Source: Flavobacteriales bacterium (lineage in GTDB: Bacteria > Bacteroidota > Bacteroidia > Flavobacteriales > BACL11). Taken from it: 64,000 nucleotides of DNA. The position numbers and the translations under genes were made by a program. The stretch is taken from NCBI GenBank assembly GCA_002705205.1, contig PAHP01000005.1:3757-67756 (forward strand). Reading direction: 5' to 3'. Shown in pieces: positions 21,318 to 29,837 of the stretch. The notes under the pieces were generated by a model, which did no database searches, was not told the DNA's origin, and saw only the letters and a program-made list of their open reading frames with translations. Each line of letters opens with the position of its first letter. The first letter of the stretch is position 1.

Positions 21318-23482
21318 TGAACTATTGGTTAGCATTATTTTGTTTACTATTTGCTTGCAATAAGCCAACTATAAATGAAGTAAATCTTATCCCAAAGCCA
21401 CAAAAAATTGTATTATCTGATGGATTTTTTTCACTTAGCTTTAATACAAATTTGATACTTGACAGTTTATTTTATGAAGAGTCAAACTACTTAAAAGAAA
21501 TTCTAAATCTTAAATTAACAGGCAGTGGAAATACAATTAAATTATTAAAAAAAGAAGGATTGCAAGAAGAAGAATTTTTGTTAAATATTACTAAAGAACA
21601 CTTAAAAATAGAAGCTTCTACTAAAAAAGGAATAATGAGAGGAATACAAACTTTAAGACAGTTGCTGCCAACTACAAAAGGAGTATTAGCGACAAAGATT
21701 CCTTGCTTAAGGGTTCATGATTTCCCTCGATTTTCTTGGAGAGGAATGCTGCTAGATTGTTGCCGTCATTTTATGGATAAAAAATTTGTAATGCGCTATA
21801 TTGATCTGCTAGCTTATCATAAAATGAATGTTTTGCATTGGCACCTTACAGAAGATCAAGGTTGGAGAATTGAAATTGATAAATATCCAAAACTAACAGA
21901 TATAGGCGCTTGGCGTACAGAAAAAGATGGTAGTAATTATGGTGGTTTTTATAGCAAAGAAGATATTAAAGAAATTTTAAATTACGCTAAAAAAAGGCAT
22001 ATTACAATAGTTCCTGAAATTGAGTTCCCAGGTCATAGTGTTGCTGCAATTGCCTCCTATCCCTACCTTTCTTGCACCGGAGACAGCATAGCAGTAGCTA
22101 CAGAATGGGGTGTTTATAAAGATATTTATTGTGCTGGAAACGATACAGTTTTTACTTTTATGGAAGATATATTGACAGAAGTTATGGAATTGTTCCCTTC
22201 TGAATACATTCATATTGGCGGAGATGAGGCTCCAAAATACAGATGGGAAAATTGTAAAAAATGTCAGCAAAGAATCAAACAAGAGAATTTACATGACACA
22301 CACGAATTACAATCCTATTTTATTACAAGAATTGAAAAATTCTTGACCAAAAATGGACGAAAACTAATAGGATGGGATGAAATATTAGAGGGAGGATTAG
22401 CCTCATCTGCAACAGTCCAATCTTGGAGAGGAGAAGAAGGTGGAATTACTGCAGCCAAGAATGGGCATGACGCTATTATGTCGCCAACTTCACATTGCTA
22501 TTTTGATTACGGATTAGATGCTACTGATTTAAAAAAAGTTTATCATTATGAGCCAATACCTGCAGAATTAACACCAGAAGAATCGAAACACATTTTAGGT
22601 GGAGAATGTAATATGTGGAGTGAAAGGGCACCACAAAAATTGATAGATAATAAAGTATTTCCAAGGATTTTAGCTATGTCTGAAGTACTTTGGAGTTCTG
22701 CTGAAAAAGATTATACTAATTTTTATTCTCGTGTACAAAAGCACTACCCTAAACTAGATGCTCTATCAGTAAATTATGGATTTGAAAGTGTTCCTATCAC
22801 CTCAAATATTGTTTTTAATGTTGACAGTTTTACTGTGTCTCTTTTTAAAGGAAGTCCTAATATGAGGTTACAGTATAACCTCAATAATAAAGAATGGCAA
22901 ACTTACAACACTCCTTTTAGTATAAATGAAACTAGCACTCTAAGAGCCAGAGGATTTAAAAATAAAAAAGCCTATGGAGAATTTGAGCAGGAAATCATAA
23001 AGCATAAAGCTACTGGCAAAAAAGTAACTTATAAAGCTCCGTATAATAAAAGTTATACAGGAACAGGCGAGTATAATTTGACAGATGGATTATTAGGAAG
23101 TTCAGAAAATTTTAGAGATGGATACTATCAAGGATTCTCAGGCACTGATATTGAAGTGGTTCTTGATTTCGGTCAGCATACTTCTTTCTCAAATATTACA
23201 ACTAGTTTTTTTCAATACTATTTATCTTGGATAGTCTTGCCAAATTCTGTGAGTTATGCAATTTCTAATGATGGAGAAAACTTTACTGCACTTGCCAACT
23301 TAACGCATAACATACCTCTTATGAAAGAGGGTAAATTTAAACACTCTTTTACGTTTGAAAAAGAAAATATAAAAGCAAAATATATAAAAGTAGTTGCTAA
23401 AACAGTTGGGAAACTACCAGAAGAACACCCTGCAACTGGATCAGATTCTTGGATTTTTATAGATGAAATAATTGTAAATTAA
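21317..23482 (+). CDS. GH20 beta-N-acetylhexosaminidase, lipoprotein
   Basis: Lipobox LFAC; RGMLLD, HWHLTEDQGWR, PEIEFPGH, HIGGDE catalytic motif; C-terminal beta-sandwich. Confidence 0.94.
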   Translation: MNYWLALFCLLFACNKPTINEVNLIPKPQKIVLSDGFFSLSFNTNLILDSLFYEESNYLKEILNLKLTGSGNTIKLLKKEGLQEEEFLLNITKEHLKIEASTKKGIMRGIQTLRQLLPTTKGVLATKIPCLRVHDFPRFSWRGMLLDCCRHFMDKKFVMRYIDLLAYHKMNVLHWHLTEDQGWRIEIDKYPKLTDIGAWRTEKDGSNYGGFYSKEDIKEILNYAKKRHITIVPEIEFPGHSVAAIASYPYLSCTGDSIAVATEWGVYKDIYCAGNDTVFTFMEDILTEVMELFPSEYIHIGGDEAPKYRWENCKKCQQRIKQENLHDTHELQSYFITRIEKFLTKNGRKLIGWDEILEGGLASSATVQSWRGEEGGITAAKNGHDAIMSPTSHCYFDYGLDATDLKKVYHYEPIPAELTPEESKHILGGECNMWSERAPQKLIDNKVFPRILAMSEVLWSSAEKDYTNFYSRVQKHYPKLDALSVNYGFESVPITSNIVFNVDSFTVSLFKGSPNMRLQYNLNNKEWQTYNTPFSINETSTLRARGFKNKKAYGEFEQEIIKHKATGKKVTYKAPYNKSYTGTGEYNLTDGLLGSSENFRDGYYQGFSGTDIEVVLDFGQHTSFSNITTSFFQYYLSWIVLPNSVSYAISNDGENFTALANLTHNIPLMKEGKFKHSFTFEKENIKAKYIKVVAKTVGKLPEEHPATGSDSWIFIDEIIVN

Positions 23483-23485
23483 AAG

Positions 23486-26356
23486 ATGAAAAAAATGAAA
23501 AATTTACTACCTTTTATAGTTCTAATTTTTGTTGCTTGTCAGAAAGAGAAAAAGGACTTAACTGATTATGTAAATCCGTTTATTGGTACTGGTGGGCACG
23601 GTCATACATATCCGGGAGCAAGTCTCCCTTTTGGTATGGTACAGCTTAGTCCAGATAGTCGCTTAGAAGGGTGGGATGGTTGTGGTGGTTATCATTACTC
23701 TGATTCTATTTTGTATGGATTTTCACACACACACCTTAGTGGAACTGGTGTTTCAGACTATGGTGATGTTTTACTAATGCCAACAATAGGAGATTTATTA
23801 TTAACAAATGGCAGTGATGGATTGCCTGGCTATAGCTCAAAATTTTCTCATAAAAATGAAAAAGCAACAACTGGTTATTATAATGTATTACTCGAGGATT
23901 ATAATGTCTTTGCAGAACTAACTGTAAGTCAAAGAGCAGGTTTTCATAAGTATACTTTCCCTAAAAATGAAGAGGCTCATGTTGTCCTCGATTTAGAACA
24001 TAGAGATAAATTATTAGATTATGCTATTGAAATACTAGACAGCAATACAGTACAAGGAATCCGCTATTCGGACAATTGGGCAAGAAAGCAGAAAATTCAT
24101 TTTTATATGGAATTCTCTAAGTCCTTTAAAAATGTAACTTTTAATAAAAAACAATCTGTTGTAGGCATTTCTTTTGGAAAATTGACAGAACCTCTTCTAA
24201 TAAAAATAGGTATCTCAGCCGTGACAACAAATGGAGCCAAAATGAATTTAGAGGCTGAAATACCCCATTGGGATTTTGAAAAAACTAAAGAGCAAAGCAA
24301 AAAAGTTTGGGAAAAGGAGCTTAGTAAAATTATAGTTGAAGGTAAATCAGAAGAACAAAAAGAAATTTTCTATACTGCACTTTATCATTCCTTACTCAAC
24401 CCTAACTTGTATATAGATGTAGATGGGAATTATAATGGTACTGACTTACAAAAACATCATACAAGAGATAAACACTATACTGTCTTTTCTCTTTGGGATA
24501 CTTTTAGGGCTACCCATCCTCTTTTTACACTTATTCAGCAAAAACGAACTAATGAATTTATTCGCACCTTTCTAAGACAATATCAAGAGGGGGGGCAATT
24601 ACCTATTTGGGAACTAGCCGCTAACTATACTGGCTGTATGATTGGATATCATGCTATTCCGGTAATTACAGATAGCTATATAAAAGGCATTAGAGATTAT
24701 GATGCTAATTTGGCATTAGAAGCCATGATAAACTCTGCAAATCAAGATCATTTAGGTTTATCCTCATATAAAAAAAATGGCTTTATTGCTGCTTCTGACG
24801 AACCAGAATCTGTCTCAAAAAATCTAGAATATTCTTATGATGATTGGTGTATTGCAGTGCTTGCAGATTCTTTAAAAAAAGAAGAAATCTCAACTATTTT
24901 TTATAAGCGAGGCCAATATTACAAAAATTTATTTGATCCTTCTACTGGATTTTTTAGAGCTAAAAAAAGTCATACTTGGTTTGCTCCATTTAAAGCTGAA
25001 GAAGTTAATTTCAATTATACAGAAGCTAATGCATGGCAATACTCTTTATTTGTTCCTCAAGATATTAGTGGTCATATTAAACTTATGGGCGGCGCAAAAA
25101 ACTATGAGAAACACTTAGATAATATGTTTAATGCATCAAGTAAAACTTCTGGTAGAGAACAACCTGATGTTACTGGCTTAATTGGGCAATATGCACACGG
25201 GAATGAACCAAGCCATCACATGGCTTATTTATATAATTATATAGGAGCTCCTCATAAAACGCAAAAAATAGTTAGGAAGATTTTAGACGAGCAATATACT
25301 CATCTACCAGATGGATTATCTGGCAATGAAGACTGTGGGCAAATGTCAGCTTGGTATGTACTAAGTGCAATGGGGTTTTATTCAGTAACTCCAGGACTTA
25401 ATTATTATACAATTGGGACACCTCTTTTTAAAAAGGCCACGCTTAATTTAGAAAATGGGAATACATTTACAATAAGTGCAGAGAATATCTCTAAAAAAAA
25501 TATCTACATCCAATCTGCTACTTTAAATGGAGAAATATTTGAGACTAGTTTTATTAAACACGCTGACATTATTAAAGGAGGGAATTTAATCTTTAAAATG
25601 GGCAGTGTGGCTAGCAATTGGGGAAGTAAAAGCATTCCAATATCTGAAATTACAAAAGATGAAATAGTACCTGTCCCTTATTTTCAAGCAGAGAGTCAGA
25701 CATTTACTGAAAAGCTAAGTATTATATTAGGATCAGCTGTTGGCGGAGATATTTATTACAGCATTAATAATGATAAAGAAAGAATATATGAAGCTCCAAT
25801 AGTCATTACTAATAATGTTAATATAAGCTGTCGTATTAAAAAAGGAGAAAAATGGAGCAAAAAAGTTTCTGCTAAATATTACAAAACTGACAATACAAAG
25901 TCTATAAAAATAGAAAGTGTATATGCAAATCAATATGCAGCAGCAGGAGATAAAACACTTATTGATCATTTAAGAGGAGGGGGGAATTATCGAACTGGGA
26001 ACTGGCAAGGATACAGAGAAAATTTAAGTGTTACTATTGATCTAGGAAAAGAAAAAGAAATTTCTAAAATTAGCCTCGGGTGTATGCAAGATATTAAGTC
26101 TTGGATTTTCTTCCCTAAAGAAGTAACCTATTTTGCTTCTTTAGATGGAGAAAATTTTATACCCTTAGGTAATATACAAACTAGTTTCCCAGACAGTTTA
26201 GAAGGTAGTTTTATTAATGATTATACATTAAACACTTCAAAAACCAAAGCCCAATATATTAAACTAGAAGCATCCAATTATGGCCTTTGCCCTGATTGGC
26301 ACTTAGGTGCTGGTGGTAAAACATGGCTTTTTGTAGATGAAATAATAATAAAATAA
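23486..26356 (+). CDS. GH92 alpha-mannosidase, lipoprotein
   Basis: Lipobox FVAC; GHTYPGA..PFGMVQLSPD, SLWDTFR, YTEANAWQY, HGNEPSHH, GNEDCGQMSAW. Confidence 0.94.
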   Translation: MKKMKNLLPFIVLIFVACQKEKKDLTDYVNPFIGTGGHGHTYPGASLPFGMVQLSPDSRLEGWDGCGGYHYSDSILYGFSHTHLSGTGVSDYGDVLLMPTIGDLLLTNGSDGLPGYSSKFSHKNEKATTGYYNVLLEDYNVFAELTVSQRAGFHKYTFPKNEEAHVVLDLEHRDKLLDYAIEILDSNTVQGIRYSDNWARKQKIHFYMEFSKSFKNVTFNKKQSVVGISFGKLTEPLLIKIGISAVTTNGAKMNLEAEIPHWDFEKTKEQSKKVWEKELSKIIVEGKSEEQKEIFYTALYHSLLNPNLYIDVDGNYNGTDLQKHHTRDKHYTVFSLWDTFRATHPLFTLIQQKRTNEFIRTFLRQYQEGGQLPIWELAANYTGCMIGYHAIPVITDSYIKGIRDYDANLALEAMINSANQDHLGLSSYKKNGFIAASDEPESVSKNLEYSYDDWCIAVLADSLKKEEISTIFYKRGQYYKNLFDPSTGFFRAKKSHTWFAPFKAEEVNFNYTEANAWQYSLFVPQDISGHIKLMGGAKNYEKHLDNMFNASSKTSGREQPDVTGLIGQYAHGNEPSHHMAYLYNYIGAPHKTQKIVRKILDEQYTHLPDGLSGNEDCGQMSAWYVLSAMGFYSVTPGLNYYTIGTPLFKKATLNLENGNTFTISAENISKKNIYIQSATLNGEIFETSFIKHADIIKGGNLIFKMGSVASNWGSKSIPISEITKDEIVPVPYFQAESQTFTEKLSIILGSAVGGDIYYSINNDKERIYEAPIVITNNVNISCRIKKGEKWSKKVSAKYYKTDNTKSIKIESVYANQYAAAGDKTLIDHLRGGGNYRTGNWQGYRENLSVTIDLGKEKEISKISLGCMQDIKSWIFFPKEVTYFASLDGENFIPLGNIQTSFPDSLEGSFINDYTLNTSKTKAQYIKLEASNYGLCPDWHLGAGGKTWLFVDEIIIK

Positions 26357-26357
26357 T

Positions 26358-27659
26358 ATGGCGAAAAATAAATACCTTTTCCCTTTTATAGCTCTTACTT
26401 CTCTTTTCTTTTTATGGGGCTTTCTTACTGTATTAGTTGATTTTTTAATCCCCAGATTAAAAGAAATTTTTACACTGACTTATTTTCAAGCCGGATTGGT
26501 ACAGTTTGCTTTTTTTATGGCCTACTTCTTGCTATCTATTCCTGCCGGATTTATCCTATCTAAAATTGGATATAAGAAAGGAATCGTTTTAGGGTTACTT
26601 ACAATGGCCATCGGATGTTTCTTATTCTACCCTGCTGCTGAGTTTCGAACTTTTAGTATTTTTTTAATAGCTTATTTCATTTTAGCTGGAGGGATGACTA
26701 TCTTGCAAGTAGCGGCTAATCCTTTTGTCGCAGTATTAGGAGATCCAAAAGGAGCATCAAGCAGGCTCAATTTAGCACAAGCATTTAACTCATTAGGGAC
26801 AGCTATTGCTCCAGCAATTGGAGCTTCATTTTTGTTAAGTGATAGTATAAAAACTAATACTGAAATAAATATTTTAAGTGAAATTGAAAAATCTGCTTAT
26901 TATATTAAAGAAGCTATAGCTGTTCAAACACCATTCATTATATTGTCTCTTTCTATTGTTGCTTTAGCTATAATATTTACATTCATAAAATTACCTGCTA
27001 TTATGAAAAAAGTAAGTAATCATGGGTATAAAGAAGTCCTTAAAAATAAAATCTTATTAATGGGTGCATTTGCAATTTTAGTTTATGTCGGAGCAGAAGT
27101 TACAATCGGAAGTTATTTAGTTAATTATTTTATTGATATGGATATTCACTTAATTATCCAAAATACTACATGGATGAATAATCTTGCTGTAACTATTCTA
27201 AATGCTGATCTTTTAAACTTAGACAAAAGAGCAATAGTTGGAGCTTTTGTTACATTTTATTGGACTGGAGCTATGATAGGAAGATTTATTGGAGCTTATT
27301 TAACAAATAAAAATAATCCATCGAAAATTTTACTCTTTTTTTCCATAGGTGCACTAATATTAATTCTTATTTCGATTAATACAATTGGGCTAATCTCGAT
27401 GTGGAGTATCCTAGCTGTAGGCTTATTTAACTCTATCATGTTCCCAACTATATTCACCTTATCTATTCAAAATATAAACGAATTAAAACCACAAGCTTCT
27501 GGCATACTATGCACAATGATAGTAGGGGGTGCTATTATACCTCCTCTTTATGGATTATTAACAGACCTTTCTGGATTTAAAATAGCAATGCTACTACTTT
27601 TAGCCTGCTATGGATATATCTATTATTTTGCCAAATACTCATCAAATAATTTATCTTAA
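26358..27659 (+). CDS. Sugar MFS transporter (GluP/FucP family)
   Basis: LFFLWGF, LQVAANPFV, RLNLAQAFNSLGT, YVGAEV, SIMFPTIF; many hydrophobic segments. Confidence 0.92.
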   Translation: MAKNKYLFPFIALTSLFFLWGFLTVLVDFLIPRLKEIFTLTYFQAGLVQFAFFMAYFLLSIPAGFILSKIGYKKGIVLGLLTMAIGCFLFYPAAEFRTFSIFLIAYFILAGGMTILQVAANPFVAVLGDPKGASSRLNLAQAFNSLGTAIAPAIGASFLLSDSIKTNTEINILSEIEKSAYYIKEAIAVQTPFIILSLSIVALAIIFTFIKLPAIMKKVSNHGYKEVLKNKILLMGAFAILVYVGAEVTIGSYLVNYFIDMDIHLIIQNTTWMNNLAVTILNADLLNLDKRAIVGAFVTFYWTGAMIGRFIGAYLTNKNNPSKILLFFSIGALILILISINTIGLISMWSILAVGLFNSIMFPTIFTLSIQNINELKPQASGILCTMIVGGAIIPPLYGLLTDLSGFKIAMLLLLACYGYIYYFAKYSSNNLS

Positions 27660-27679
27660 TCAATTATTTGAAGTAACTT

Positions 27680-29821
27680 CTAATCTACAATTATAGATTT
27701 CTGAATCTCTCCCAATTCAGTAACGACCTTAACAGTATATACGCCTGGATTTAATTTTGACGTATTTACCCTAACTAAAGTAGCATTATTTACATCTTCA
27801 CTTATAACGATACGCCCTAAATAATCTATTATCTGATAAGAAGAGATTGTTGTTGCATCAACATGTAGATTTAATTGATTATTACATGGATTGGGATATA
27901 TTATGAATTGTTTACTTGATAGATCTTCAGTTGATGCCGTCATACAAGCTAATGCATCATACGTCATGTCTGAAAAATTAATAAAACAAACATAGTCTAT
28001 ACTGTCAATAAAAGGATTTCGATTACCCTGTAGAGAATCAATAAAATCATTTCTTGCAATCTCCCAATTATCTGGAGGATCTTGAAAATGCCATTGCTTC
28101 AAGATCATCTGATCTTGACTTGACGGAAGGGCCCAACTATTGCCACTTATTGTTGTGTAGCAAATAGCTTCATACATAATAGCTCTTGCTGCATCTCCTT
28201 TATGCCTATCTCTTGGTTCAAACACAGTCTCCCCATTAGCATTAGTCCCAAGTTTACATGCTAAAAAAGATGACGTTTGATTAACAACCTCACCTAACGG
28301 TTTATTACTCCTTAAAATATTTGCAGAGTTTAGATTTGCTGGGAATAGATGATGATAATCACTGTATTCTGGCAATGAATAAGCTGGATTAGTAGGCATC
28401 CAACTATGACAATATGTATGTTCTCTACTATATCCATTTGCCGTAAAATCAAATGGCTCATTATATATTTTATTTTCACCACTATATACACAAGTAACAA
28501 CTCGCCTATCTTCTGTTGTGTCTCTAGCTTCAAAAAATGCAATCATTAAATCATCGTAATAACTATAATATTGCGTTTGATGAGGGTTAATTAATGCATG
28601 TAAATCATTCATAAATGTACTAGACGCTGTACTTAAATTACTGTAATAAGAGGCAGGCATCATTGAGTTAGGAGTTACAACATCTCCAACTAAAGGTGTG
28701 TTTGTAAGATAATTTCGGAAATTATCTGGGCCATTATAGCTATATATAGCAAAATAATAGTTTGTGCCTGCAATAATATTATTAGGAGAAAAAGATGTTG
28801 CATTGCTGCTAAAAACTACTTGAGCATCACCAATAATATCCCCTCTTTGATAAACAGTCCCGTCTATAGGGGCTCCTGTTATTGGAGATCCTTTCTTTCT
28901 TAAAACTAAATAGCCTTCAACTGAATCTGTTGGAGAAAAAGCAGCATTCATCTTATACGTTTTTACATTTGAAAATAGTAAGTTTATTGGCTGATCTGTA
29001 GGTTCTGTTGCTAGATTTCCACCAATACCATAAAGGTTAATGATATATGTAGATTCATCCATATCATTACTAATAATATTCAAAACAGCATTCCTTGTTC
29101 CAGTAGCAGAAGGCGTAAAACTCAATAATAAATCTGCAGAATCATTAGCAGCTACATTTGGGGGAAAAGAAACTAACCCAAAATCAGCTGCATTTGTTCC
29201 AGAAATAGTAGCAGAAGAAATCTGTAATGTATCTAAAGTTCCAAGATTCTCAATTAAAAGTGTTATTGGTATTGTTGTTAATACTGGAGCATCTACAATA
29301 TAAGTCTCTCCACTAATTATAGTAGATCCTCCCGCCTTCACATTTATTTCCTGAGCTGGTGTTGCTGCGCCAACATCAATACTTACATCATCTATTCCAA
29401 TATTTCCAGTTACTTTATTTGTATATATAAATCGTATAAATCTTGTTGTTGATTGCGGGGTATCTGTAAATGGCATATAAGTTGCATTTGGAGGAGAGGT
29501 ATGTTCATGTAGAGTTGTCCAAGTAACACCAAAATCAGACTCTTCTATCGTAAAAGTTCCACCTGAGAACCCGTTTCCTGTAAGATAGTATGTTAAATCT
29601 CCAGGATTACTATTAATATTTATGATCAGATAATCTCCAGTGCCATCAAATTTCATTGCTGGAGGTGTATTCCCAGAAGCTGTGTAAAAATTTGTTCCTG
29701 ACTCTGTCCATCCATTTGGCAAATTAACAGTTGGGAAACTCCAACTAGTTGGTAAAATAGCTTGCGAATAAGATGCTAATGTTAAAAAAACAACACTTAC
29801 AATTAAAATTATTTTTTTCAT
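27680..29821 (-). CDS. T9SS-secreted endonuclease I family nuclease with N-terminal beta-sandwich/Ig-like domains
   Basis: REHTYCHSW, DYHHLFPA..N..RSN, FEPRDRHKGDAARAIMY, WH..DPPD..E..RN, QGNRNPFID; signal peptide; IYPNP T9SS domain. Confidence 0.88.
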   Translation of the reverse strand: MKKIILIVSVVFLTLASYSQAILPTSWSFPTVNLPNGWTESGTNFYTASGNTPPAMKFDGTGDYLIININSNPGDLTYYLTGNGFSGGTFTIEESDFGVTWTTLHEHTSPPNATYMPFTDTPQSTTRFIRFIYTNKVTGNIGIDDVSIDVGAATPAQEINVKAGGSTIISGETYIVDAPVLTTIPITLLIENLGTLDTLQISSATISGTNAADFGLVSFPPNVAANDSADLLLSFTPSATGTRNAVLNIISNDMDESTYIINLYGIGGNLATEPTDQPINLLFSNVKTYKMNAAFSPTDSVEGYLVLRKKGSPITGAPIDGTVYQRGDIIGDAQVVFSSNATSFSPNNIIAGTNYYFAIYSYNGPDNFRNYLTNTPLVGDVVTPNSMMPASYYSNLSTASSTFMNDLHALINPHQTQYYSYYDDLMIAFFEARDTTEDRRVVTCVYSGENKIYNEPFDFTANGYSREHTYCHSWMPTNPAYSLPEYSDYHHLFPANLNSANILRSNKPLGEVVNQTSSFLACKLGTNANGETVFEPRDRHKGDAARAIMYEAICYTTISGNSWALPSSQDQMILKQWHFQDPPDNWEIARNDFIDSLQGNRNPFIDSIDYVCFINFSDMTYDALACMTASTEDLSSKQFIIYPNPCNNQLNLHVDATTISSYQIIDYLGRIVISEDVNNATLVRVNTSKLNPGVYTVKVVTELGEIQKSIIVD

Positions 29822-29837
29822 AGTTATATTATTTATA

